A stretch of DNA of 64,000 bases, taken from positions 11,348 to 75,347 of the forward strand of contig NIVC01003819.1 of assembly GCA_002269645.1 (NCBI GenBank). Reading direction: 5' to 3'. This DNA is from Macrostomum lignano. Its lineage: Eukaryota. A program made the position numbers and the translations under genes. Below are positions 21,713 through 33,400 of this stretch, piece after piece (positions within the stretch are counted from its first letter, which is position 1; every line of letters begins with the position of its first letter). The notes below the pieces were generated by a model. That model ran no database searches and had not been told where the DNA came from. It was given only the letters and a program-made list of their open reading frames with translations.

Positions 21713-22032
21713 GAGTCTGTAAATTATAATAAATCGATAAGTGAGTACATGTAAGGACTAATAATACTTAAGTACAAATTATTTAGTCTTTTAGGGTTAA
21801 ATTGATTTAACGGATATATGTACTCGAAAATGAAGGCAAGTTTTCGATAATTTACGCGATAGATTTAAATACCAACGAATACGAACATACTTTCATACCA
21901 GTTAAGTAATTTTGAGTGGCATTTGGTATGCTTGAATAATTGTTAACCCTGAAAGACTAAGCGAAAAGTGAGTTACTAAAGCATTTTTTTTATTTCTCAC
22001 TTACCAGGTATTTATTATAATTTGCAGACTAT
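21713..22032. mobile_element. Degenerate MITE-like inverted-repeat element
   Basis: About 90-bp imperfect inverted arms (AGTCTGTAAATTATAATAAAT..GTGAG..TTAGTCTTTTAGGGTTAA vs TTAACCCTGAAAGACTAA..CTCAC..ATTTATTATAATTTGCAGACT). No clear TSD. Confidence 0.45.
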
Positions 22033-22340
22033 AGTTTGAATTAGCTTAAAAAGTTCTCTACAGTCCCCAGAAACGCCATTTATAAACCCCGGAACTTTTA
22101 CTTAAATCTCAGTGTATTAAAATTACTAACGATCACATCATCGCCATCGAATAAGCCATTCACCCAAAGAACGAGTAAAAATGTACAACCCGGATGATCA
22201 CGCAAGAATTTGGCTTCACTTAATGGCGGTTTCGACAAGACTTGATAAGGAGGACCATGAGTCCCTTGACCCCTTATAGTTTGCATGCAGCTTCGGTAGT
22301 AGCTAGAAATTAGTATCAACAGCTGCTCAAATCAGCTTGC

Positions 22341-23399
22341 TCATCCGGGGCCAGCAGCCTGAACGATGACCACCTCGTCATCGTCAACAGGTGCAGCAGC
22401 CGAGGCAGCGGTGGCGGCCTCCCCGCTGGCCAGCTCAAACACCGCCAAAGCCTGGTCCAGCGCCAGTAGGCTCTCCCTGGCTGAGAAGTCTTCTTCCGCC
22501 ATCAGGCCGCCGTACGTCGCCGCTGCGGACGCAGAGTTACCCGCGGCAGCTGGAGCATCGGGCTTAGCCGCGACAACTATCACTTCCTCTTCGTCGTCTA
22601 TAAACTGCTCAGGCGGCTGCTCGAATGCCGAATTCGGCAGAGTCTCCCAGCCGAAGTCGTCGCTTTCAGCGGCCGCCTCGCTAGCCAGCAGGAAGTTGGA
22701 CAGGCGCTCCGCTCTTTTTCGGACACTGATCTCGTCGTCCTCGTCGGTTGTACCGTTGCTGTTGGCCGCTCCGCGACGTACGCGAGGCATCACGAAGCTC
22801 AGAGTGGCCGTGCTCCGCTTGCCAAACTCGGAGGCGCCGCCGCCGTGAGCAGCCAGCTCGGTGAGCGTGTCCTCATGCTCAGACTCGTAGTCAGAGTAGT
22901 CGCTATCGACAATGGTCAGCTCGTTATCGTCGCTTTGAAACACCGAATAGCCGTGCTGGTGCTCGTGCGGTTCTCGAACCTTCACCCAACTAGTTTGGGG
23001 AGTGACCTCTTTGTGCTTCTGCTGTTGCTGAGGCTGTTGCTGAGGCAGCGCTGGCGCGGCAGCTTTCTTGTGCTGCGGCTCGTTACGCAGCGTCACAACC
23101 GAAGTCGGACGAATCTCGGCATCACCCGGACTGTCGACTACGACAGCGGCGTTGCTACCGGAGCTCGGCTGCCTGTCTCGACCATGATCGGTGCTGTCCC
23201 GCATCGGAGCCGCGGCCTCTGTCGCCACGACAGCCGGTGGCTCCGCCGAGAATTCGTGGTCGAGTTTCTTTCGCCGATACTTGCCATCATCGGCAGTCGC
23301 TTGTTGGCTGCCATTTCTGGCGCCGCTTTCAGCGTTGGGATCCTGCAGCAGCAGTTTGCCTTTTTGGCCGGAGCGGCCGCGGCAGCAGCAGGATAGCAT
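22341..23399 (-). CDS. Hypothetical intronless protein, 352 aa, with an N-terminal Cys cluster and a disordered acidic/Ala-rich body
   Basis: Non-repetitive GC-rich ORF set in AT-rich flanks; starts MLSCCCRGR. No recognisable domain. Confidence 0.65.
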   Translation of the reverse strand: MLSCCCRGRSGQKGKLLLQDPNAESGARNGSQQATADDGKYRRKKLDHEFSAEPPAVVATEAAAPMRDSTDHGRDRQPSSGSNAAVVVDSPGDAEIRPTSVVTLRNEPQHKKAAAPALPQQQPQQQQKHKEVTPQTSWVKVREPHEHQHGYSVFQSDDNELTIVDSDYSDYESEHEDTLTELAAHGGGASEFGKRSTATLSFVMPRVRRGAANSNGTTDEDDEISVRKRAERLSNFLLASEAAAESDDFGWETLPNSAFEQPPEQFIDDEEEVIVVAAKPDAPAAAGNSASAAATYGGLMAEEDFSARESLLALDQALAVFELASGEAATAASAAAPVDDDEVVIVQAAGPG

Positions 23400-24134
23400 T
23401 GTGTGTCTGCTGTGTGTGTACTTGAGTAGCTATCTACCTGCTCCGTAGCTCTACTGAGTTTCTAAGCAAGGTAGAAAGAAACACAGGTTGGACCCTTTTG
23501 TATAATTGTGGAATTTTTTTCTGTATGAGCAAGGGCTGCCTCAACTTGAATTGGAGGGTTTCCTACAGTTCGCTTTGTAGTGCCGAATGAATGGCAAGAG
23601 TTGCCCCCCCGCATTATTCACTCTGCGCTCGACCAACTGGAGTAATAAATAAAATAATTCCAGTTGAAACTTAACAATTCGCGGCGGTCAAGTTGAGAAA
23701 AGCTGAAAAACTGAGATAAAAAAAACAGACACACGAGTAATTCCTACAGCCTCATGCTTTGGCTGAGACCCAGGAACAGAAATCATATGTGTATAGTTAG
23801 TTATGTACAAATAAAAACTAATCAAAATTGCAACAATATGAAGACAGACTTCAGTGACTATTTAACAGGAAAATGCTTTCTTCTTTGAGTACAGACCGAA
23901 ATTATGGAATAAATGATGATGATGCAAAGTCAATAGTCAATGTTTTTTGGTCATCATTCACTTTTTTAACACGCGCAATTTCAGTGTCCTGCAGTTTTAC
24001 AATAATTGACTAATTTTTCGGCAATGCAATAATGCTTTTTTCGTGGAAGAATTACATACAAAAATGGAATTATATGCAGATAAAAGTGCAAAAAGTAGAC
24101 GGTAGCATTAGTCGAAGTTCGAAGACTTCAGGCA

Positions 24135-24435
24135 CTCAGATTGCAATCCAATTGAAACTCACTCAGATTGCAATCCAATTAAAACTCACTCAGATTGCAA
24201 TTCAATTAAAACTCACTCAGATTGCAATCCAATTAAAACTCACTCAGATTGCAATTCAATTAAAACTCACTCAGATTGCAATCCAATTAAAACTCAATCT
24301 GATTGCAATCCAATTAAAACTTACTCAGATTGCAATTCAATTAAAACTCACTCAGATTGCAATCCAATTAAAACTCAATCTGATTGCAATCCAATTAAAA
24401 CTTACTCAGATTGCAATGCAGTTGAAACCCAATCA
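24135..24435. repeat. 27-bp minisatellite (ACTCAGATTGCAATCCAATTAAAACTC)
   Basis: About 11 units just 3' of the Dicer stop codon. Confidence 0.9.
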
Positions 24436-24456
24436 GATTAAAATTTAACAACCAAT

Positions 24457-27400
24457 TTAAGTCTCAACCTCGACATCAGCGGAAGCAGCAGACTTTTCCC
24501 GCTCCTTGGCCTTGATGTACCGCAGGGCCACCTTCGCAGCGCTGTTCCTGGCAATGCGGTAGTTGCGGCCGACTCCGGCAAAGCGGCCCTTGCCGATGAC
24601 ATGAACCACGACACGAATGGTGCCGCTGGCTGTGCGAGTCGGCTGTCTGAAGTGGGACCAGTGTGTCTTGATCCGTGTGTCTTGATCAGTGTGTCTTGAT
24701 CAGTGTGTCTTGATCAGTGTGTCTGGATCAGAGTGTCTTGATCAGAGTGTCTTGATCAGTGTGTGTGTCTTGATCCGTGTGTCTCGATCAGTGTGTCTTG
24801 ATCAGTGTGTCTTGATCAGAGTGTCTTGATCAGAGTGTCTTGATCCGTGTGTCTTGACCAGTGTGTCTTGATCCGTGTGTCTTGACCAGTGTGTCTTGAT
24901 CCGTGTGTCTTGACCAGTGTGTCTTGATCAGTGTGTCTTGATCTGTTTGTCTGGATCAGTGTGTCTTGATCAGTGTGTCTTGATCAGTGTGTCTTGATCA
25001 GTGTGTCTTGATCCGTGTGTCTTGACCAGTGTGTCTTAACCAGTATGTCTTGATCAGTGTGTCTTGACCCGTGTGTCTTGATCAGTATGTCTTGATCAGT
25101 GTGTCTTGATCAGTGTGTCTTGATCAGAGTGTCTTGATCCGTGTGTCTTGATCCGTGTGTCTTGACCAGTGTGTCTTGATCCGTGTGTCTTGATCAGTGT
25201 GTCTTGATCCGTGTGTCTTGATCAGTGTGTCTTGATCAGTGTGTCTTGATCAGTGTGCCTTGATCAGAGTGTCTTGATCAGTGTGTCTTGATCAAAGTGT
25301 CTTGATCAGTGTGTCTTGATCAGAGTGTCTTGATCAGAGTGCCTTGATCAGTGTGTCTTGATCAGTGTGTCTTGATCAGTGTGTCTTGATCAGAGTGTCT
25401 TGATCAGTGTGTCTGGATCAGTGTGTCTTGATCAGTGTGTCTTGATCAGTGTGTCTTGATCCGAGTGTCTGGATCAGTGTGTCTTGATCAGTGTGTCTTG
25501 ATCAGTGTGTCTTGATCAGTGTGTCTTGATCAGTGTGTCTTGATCAGAGTGTCTTGATCAGAGTGTCTTGATCAGTGTATCTTGATCCGTGTGTCTTGAC
25601 CAGTGTGTCTTGATCAGTGTGTCTTGATCAGTGTGTCTGGATCAGAGTGTCTTGATCAGTGTGTCTTGATCAGAGTGTCTTGATCAGTGTGTCTTGATCA
25701 GTGTGTCTGGATCAGAGTGTCTTGATCAGTGTGTCTTGATCAGTGTGTCTTGACCAGTGTGTCTTGATCCGTGTGTCTTGACTAGTGTGTCTTGATCCGT
25801 GTGTCTTGACCAGTGTGTCTTGATCAGTGTGTCTTGATCAGTGTGTCTTGACCAGTGTGTCTTGATCAGTGTGTCTTGATGAGAGTGTCTTGATCAGAGT
25901 GTCTTGATCAGTGTGTCTTGATCAGTGTGTCTTGATCCGTGTGTCTTGACCAGTGTGTCTTGATCAGTGTGTCTGGATCAGAGTGTCTTGATCAGAGTGT
26001 CTTGATCCGTGTGTCTTGACCAGTGTGTCTTGATCCGTGTGTCTTGACCAGTGTGTCTTGATCCGTGTGTCTTGACCAGTGTGTCTTGATCAGTGTGTCT
26101 TGATCTGTTTGTCTGGATCAGTGTGTCTTGATCAGTGTGTCTTGATCAGTGTGTCTTGATCAGTGTGTCTGGATCAGAGTGTCTTGATCAGTGTGTCTTG
26201 ATCAGAGTGTCTTGATCAGTGTGTCTTGATCAGTGTGTCTTGATCCGTGTGTCTTGATCCGTGTGTCTTGACTAGTGTGTCTTGATCCGTGTGTCTTGAT
26301 CAGTGTGTCTTGATCTGTTTGTCTGGATCAGTGTGTCTTGATCAGTGTGTCTTGATCCGTGTGTCTTGACCAGTGTGTCTTGATCCGTGTGTCTTGATCA
26401 GTGTGTCTTGATCTGTTTGTCTGGATCAGTGTGTTTTGATCAGTGTGTCTTGATCAGTGTGTCTTGATCCGTGTGTCTTGACCAGTGTGTCTTGATCAAA
26501 GTGTCTTGATGAGAGTGTCTTGATCAGAGTGTCTTGATCAGTGTGTCTTGATCAGAGTGTCTTGATCAGTGTGTCTGGATCAGTGTGTCTTGATCAGAGT
26601 GTCTTGATCAGAGTGTCTTGATCAGTGTGTCTTGATCAGTGTGTCTTGATCAGAGTGTCTTGATCAGTGTGTCTTGATCAGAGTGTCTTGATCAGTGTGT
26701 CTTGATCAGTGTGTCTTGATCAGTGTGTCTTGATCAGTGTGTCTTGATCAGAGTGTCTTGATCAGTGTGTCTTGATCAGTGTGTCTGGATCAGTGTGTCT
26801 TGATCAGTGTGTCTTGATCAGAGTGTCTTGATCAGTGTGTCTTGATCAGAGTGTCTTGATCAGTGTGTCTTGATGAGAGTGTCTTGATCAGAGTGTCTTG
26901 ATCAGTGTGTCTTGATCAGAGTGTCTTGATCAGTGTGTCTTGATCAGTGTGTCTTGCACCAAGGTGGGTTGAACTAAAAATGCCTGTGATATCTGCCCAT
27001 CCCGCTGACTACTGAGCACATGCAAGCGCGTCAATACTGTACGCAGGCACAGCACTCACACACGCTCACACAGGGTGTACAGCGGGCCTGACTTTCGAAT
27101 CGTCATTCGTCAGGCATGTAAACTGTCTGCGCGAAATATGACCCAAAACTCACTCAAACTTTGTGCAGTCCGGCTCAGTCTCTAAAAGTTCTCGAACCAG
27201 CGACTTGGGTATTTCGGCTGTATAGCACTCTGAAATGTTTGTAGGGAGAGGTTAAAGTTAAGGGCGAATCTCAGGGCAGTCTAAGAGGCGAAACTTAAGG
27301 CAGTCCAAGGGCGATTCTCAAGGCTGTCTAAGGGCGAATCTCAGGGCAGTATAAGAGGCAAATCTCAAGGCAGTCTAAAAGGCGATTCTCAAGGCTGTGT

Positions 27401-30400
27401 AATTGGCGATTCTCAAGGCAGTCTAATGGCCGATTCTCAAGGCAGTCAGTCTAATGGGCGATTCTCAAGGCAGTCTAATGGGCGATTCTCAAGGCATCTA
27501 ATGGGCGATTCTCAAGGCAGTCTAATGGGCGATTCTCAAGGCTGTGTAATTGGCGATTCTCAAGGCAGTCTAATGGCCGATTCTCAAGGCAGTCTAATGG
27601 CCGATTCTCAAGGCAGTCAGTCTAATGGGCGATTCTCAAGGCAGTCAGTCTAATGGCCGATTCTCAAGGCAGTCTAATGGGCGATTCTCAAGGCAGTCTA
27701 ATGGCCGATTCTCAAGGCAGTCAGTCTAATGGGCGATTCTCAAGGCAGTCAGTCTAATGGCCGATTCTCAAGGCAGTCTAATGGGCGATTCTTAAGGCAG
27801 TCTAATGGGCGATTCTCAAGGCAGTCTAATGGGCGATTTTCAAGGCAGTCTAATGGGCGATTTTCAAGGCAGTCTAATGGGCGATTCTTAAGGCAGTCTA
27901 ATGGCCGATTCTCAAGGCTGTCTAATGGGCGATTTTCAAGGCAGTCTAATGGGCGATTCTTAAGGCAGTCTAATGGGCGATTCTCAAGGCAGTCTAATGG
28001 CCGATTCTCAAGGCTGTCTAATGGGCGATTTTCAAGGCAGTCTAATGGGCGATTTTCAAGGCAGTCTAATGGGCGAATCTCAAGGCAGTCTAAAAGGCGA
28101 TTCTCAAGGCAGTCTAAGGGCGATTCTCAAGGCAGTCTAAAAGGCGAATCTCAAGGAAGTCTAAAAGGCGATTCTCAAGGCAGTCTAAGGGCGATTCTTA
28201 AGGCAGTCTAAAAGGCGATTCTCAAGGCAGTCTAAGGGCGATTCTCGAGGCAGTCTAAAATGCGATTCTCAAGGCAGTCTAAGGGCGAATCTTGAGGCAG
28301 CCTAATGGGCGATTCTCAGGGCTGTGTAATTGGCGATTCTCAAGACAGTCTAATGGGCGAATCTTAAGGAAGTCTAAGGGCGATTCTCAAGGCAGTCTAA
28401 GGGCGATTTTCAAGGCAGTCTAACGGGTCACTATTGTTAACAATGACCAACACTGACCGATCCTCTCCTTCATAAGCGGATAGAAGATGCGCCACACCGT
28501 GTTTAAAGACATGCCGGAGTCGAGGAACACGGCGCCGGCCACCGACTCGAAAATGTCGCCGAGGCATTTGGGGATTTCGACGTCTTCGGGCCGGTCGTCG
28601 AAGTCCGCTTCCTGAGTTTTGTCGCCAGAGAGAGAGGTGAGTAGAATATGCGGACAGAATAGACTAAGAGGTAGATATGGTAGAGTCAGTCGATAGGAAA
28701 GATAGATATAGGGTAGAGTTAGTAGATAGATATGGTAGTCTGTGGATAGAGAAGTAGACAGGAGATAACGGGTAGGTAGAAAAGTAGACAGGAGACCAAG
28801 GGTAGACAGAGAAGTAGACATATGACGGGTAGGTAAAGTAGACAGGAGACAAAGGGTAGGTATAGAAGTAGACAAGAGACCAAGGGTAGGCAGAGAAGTA
28901 GACAGGAGATGACGGGTAAATAGAGAAGTAGACAGAAGATGACGGGTAGGTAAAGAAGTAGACAGAAGACAAAGGGTTGGCAGAGAAGTAGACATGGTGA
29001 GAAAAGTCGGTAGACTGTGAGATAAAGGGTACATAGAGAAGTAGACAGGGTAGAAGAGTCAGTAGACAGTAAGACCCAGAGTAGACATGACAAGTTGGGG
29101 AGATTAGCGGGCAACCGATTTAAAAAAAACAGCAATCAGACTCGAACGCACCTCAGACGTGACGAAATCCAAATTGTCAGCTTTGTCGTCCTTCTGGAAC
29201 TGCACAAACTGGTCAATGAGCGAGTGCAGAGCGGGACTGACGCAGCGGAAGTACTTGTGAAAGCCCCATTTCACTGCCAGTGCGCCGAAAATGTCGTTAT
29301 TGACCAGAGCCGATCGGAGATCGGTGAGTACGGCGGGCGAATGGCGGCGGGAATCGTGAAACAGGTACCTGTGTTTGCGAATATTTGTAGGGGGGGGGGG
29401 TTGGCAACTCTTGAAGCAGTGGCTTTGTGAATCTTTTGTGGCTTCAGATCAATAACCGGAAGTGGATGAGTAGCTTTAAATCAATGACCGGAAGTGGATG
29501 AGTAGCTCTAAATCAATGACCGGAAGTGGATAATTAGCTCTGAATCAATGACCGGAAGTGGATGAGTAGCTCTAAATCAATGACCGGAAGTGGATGAGTA
29601 GCTCTAAATCAATGACCGGAAGTGGATGAGTAGCTCTAAATCAATGACCGGAAGTGGATAATTAGCTCTAAATCAATGACCGGAAGTGGATGAGTAGCTC
29701 TAAATCAATGACCGGAAGTGGATGAGTAGCTCTAAATCAATGACCGGAAGTGAATAAGCGTGAGGCTCCAGATCAATAACCGGAAGTGAATAAGCGAGAG
29801 GCTACAGATCAATAACCGGAAGTGAATAAGCGGGAGGCTACAGATCAATAACCGAAAGTGAATAAGCGGGAGGCTACAGATCAATAACCGGAAGTGAATA
29901 AGCGGGAGGCAAAGCAGCTACCTAGTAACAACATAGTCCAACACAGCGTCGCCCAAAAACTCGAGCCGCTGATAGCAGTCAGTGAGGTCGTTCCGGTAGT
30001 CAGACGGGTGCGTGAACGCCTGCAACAGGTAGGCCCTGTTGCGAAATCGATAGCCAATCAACGATTCGAATTCGTCGTATCCGGTTAGCCGGCGAGCCAG
30101 TTCGGCTTCTATTGACGCCGAAGTCGCGACGGCGCTTGGCAGCACGGGATCTGGCGGCGTTGGCCAGGCCACGTCGTCGCCGGTGTTGCCTCCGAGCTCG
30201 CCGACTGCGATGCCGAACCAGCGGCAGACGCGCAGGGCCGCCTGTCAGGTGAGGCGGTGGTCAAGGAGGCTGCCTGCCTGTCCGCCTGCCTACTGTATCT
30301 ACCTGTCTGCCTACTTTATCTACCTGCCTGCCTACTGTATCTACCTGTCTGCCTACTGTATCTACCTGTCTGATTACTTTATCTACCTGTCTGCCTACTG

Positions 30401-33400
30401 TATCTACCTGTCTGCCTATTGTATCTACCTGTCTGCCTACTGTATCTACCTATCTGCCTACTGTATCTACCTGTCTGCCTACTATATCTACCTGTCTGCC
30501 TACTGTATCTACTTATCTGCCTACCGGATCTCTACCTGTCTGCCTACTGTATCTACTTATCTGCCTACTGTATCTCCACCTGTCTGTCTACTGTATTTAC
30601 CCATCTGCCTACCGTATCTACGCTTCTACTGTTACATCTACGTAATGTCCTACGACCTACCTGTAATGTCTTACGTAGTTTTACTGTTTTACTGTTCACT
30701 TACCTACCTGTTTACATGTCTACCTGTTGATAATTTACATATCTGTCTACCAGTGTTTCTACCAGTTATTAGTATGAGTTACCAGTCTATCTGCACCCAC
30801 ATCCTGTGCCAACTCTTACCTGCTCATTGCAGCGCACCAAGTAGCAGCCAACAATAGCCTCAACGCTGTCAGCCAGGCACTTGTCAGTCAGGCTCTGCTC
30901 CATCTGCAGGAAAGTGCAATTAGCACTAGCGCCAGGGATGCCAGACAATGACGCAGATGAAGAGGAGGCAGGGCCGGCACCCTGCAGCCTCTGCTGCTGC
31001 TGCTGCCTGCTGCCGCTGAGCTGACCTGATGGTGGGAAGAGAACAAATTTCGAATCCAGGGCCTCGGCATAACAGAACTTGATCGACATAAGATTCGAAC
31101 TCACGACTTATGGGGTAAAAAAGACAGATGTTTGTTTTTTGTATCAAAAGACTTCAATTTAGATAACTAACGCAGATTCGAACCTAGGACCTAGCTACTC
31201 GTAGATGAGAGAAAATTGTGTTATCATAACAGACCCTCAGCAAGATAAAATCGCAGATTCGAACTCAAGACCTACTAAAATCCGAGTACTCACCACCCCT
31301 TCTGCTGAGATAAAAAATCGCAGATTCGAACTCAGGACCTACTAAAATCCGAGTACTCACCACCCCCTCTGCTGAGAAAAAAATCGAAGATTCGAACTCA
31401 GGACCTACTAAAATCCGGGTACTCACCACCCCCTCTGCTGAGAAAAAAATCGAAGATTCGAACTCAGGACCTACTAAAATCCGAGTACTCACCACCCCCT
31501 CTGCTGCCAGCAGATTTTCCTTTGCCTCGATTCCTGGCGCCGCTCCGTTTCTTGTTGCGCTTCTGCGGCGCTTGTCCGCCTGGAGAATTTGACGGACAAG
31601 TGGAAGCGCCGGCCTCCGCCGCTGGAGAGTCAGCCGGTTTTGAATCGGCAATCTTACTGGCTTGCTGCTGCTGCTGCTTGAGCACCAATCCGGGAGGCAG
31701 CCAGTTCTCTCTGGGCTCGAATTTGTTGGCCACAATCAGTTCGCCTAAGCCTTTGGCCGCCGCGCACAGGTACAGGTGCGAATTGCTCACCTGCCGGCTG
31801 CGCAGCTGAGTCAGGCCGCCCTCGTGCAGGCCAGGATTCGTACAGTACAGGCTGACTGTCACGGCGAATTTTAGTAGCGAATCGCCGACCTGAGGGCCAA
31901 TCGGAGCGATGGGGATCAATCCATCTGGGCTTTTTTTGTGTGACTTCAGCTATCACTCTCTCCCAGGGGGACGTGGGGCTGAATTGGAATCTCGGCTTGG
32001 CTCTGCTCGAGCTTAGAGGGCCAACCCCCAAGACACAGTGAAGTGTACATGCCTAACGATAAATAAAGTTAGGGCCGCTGTACACTCCTGTGTGAGTGTG
32101 TGCCTGTGCGTATGACTGCGTACGTATCCGCGCGCTTGTGTGCCTGCTCAGGGGAGTCGGCCGAAATGGGGAGTAATGCCTCTCGCCGGCTGTGTGACAA
32201 TGCACACTGCCCCTGCCTCTAAAATCCCACTCTCCAGGCCTCTCTAACCCTCTCCCTGCCCCCTGCCTGTATTCCCTCTCCCTGCCCCTCTTCCCTCTCC
32301 CTGTTCCTCTTCCCTCTCCCTGCCTCTCAATCCTCCCCCCACCCCCGCAAGCGCTACCCACCGTCTCCAGGCGCTCCAAGTTCATGAGATCGCCAGCATT
32401 GGACGCGGTGAGGCACTGCAGCAGGTCTGCAGAGCTCGGCAACAAGCTTACAGCCAGTCGTACGCTAGGAAAAAATGTCACCATCTCTTCAAAGCTGTCC
32501 GTAGACTCAGCATCTTCGCCATCGCCAGCTTCGCCTAGCAACGGATCCTCGTCATTGTCGGCGCTGTTGCATTGGAACACTCCGAAATCCGCGTCGCCAC
32601 CAGGTGCCGCCGACTTGGCGTTTTTGTCGTCAGCGGTAGCCTGACCCTGCTGCTGGGCGGCAACTAATGATGAATTAATCAATGCATAATAGGCCAACTT
32701 CTCGCCAGATGAAATTGTATTTAAAGCATCGATGCCGACTCCAGTAGACTGGGAAATCTGATGACGGAGAGATTCTGCCAGGAGCAGGTGGTTCAGCCTG
32801 TAGAGAGCGGAGGGTAGGCAGCAGGCTTGTCGCCACACAGAGGCTGGGACAATATGGCGATAGCACAACTCGGGAATGAATAACTGCTTCTGCTGTTCGT
32901 CTCTTGTGCAGCGGAGAGTTGGCTGCTGCTGCACTGGATGTTGCTGCTCCTGCTGCCGCTGCTGCTTGATCCGGGTGCCCAGAGGCCGGCCATCTGTGTC
33001 CAAAAATCTAAAATAATATTTTATGCATTGCTTGAATCCTCTTGCAATCTTATGTCTGCCTCCTGTCTCCCTCTCGTGTCTCCCTCTCGTGTCTCCCTCT
33101 CGTGTCTCCCTCTCGTGTCTCCCTCTCTCTGTCTCCCTCTCGTTTCTCCCTCTCGTGTCCCTCTCTCCTGTTTCCCTCTCGTGTCTCCCTCTCGTGTCTC
33201 CCTCTCCTGTCTCCCTCTCCTGTACCCCTCTCGTGTCTCTCTCTCCTTTCTCCCTCTCGTGTCCCTCTCTTCTGTTTCCCTCTCGTGTCTCTCTCTCCTT
33301 TCTCCCTCTCGTGTCCCTCTCTTCTGTTTCCCTCTCCTGTCTCTTTCTCTTTTCTCCCTCTCATGGTTCCCTTTTTCGTCTCCCTCTCCTATCCAGCCAC

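Noticed and set aside
17868-24457. Functional linkage between the hairpin element and the neighbouring Dicer gene
   Set aside because: Proximity is probably coincidental: the insertion is recent, and this Dicer looks miRNA-type with a degenerate helicase.
24659-26956. CRISPR-like arrays (this and other tandem repeats)
   Set aside because: No unique spacers, no cas genes, and a spliced eukaryotic context.
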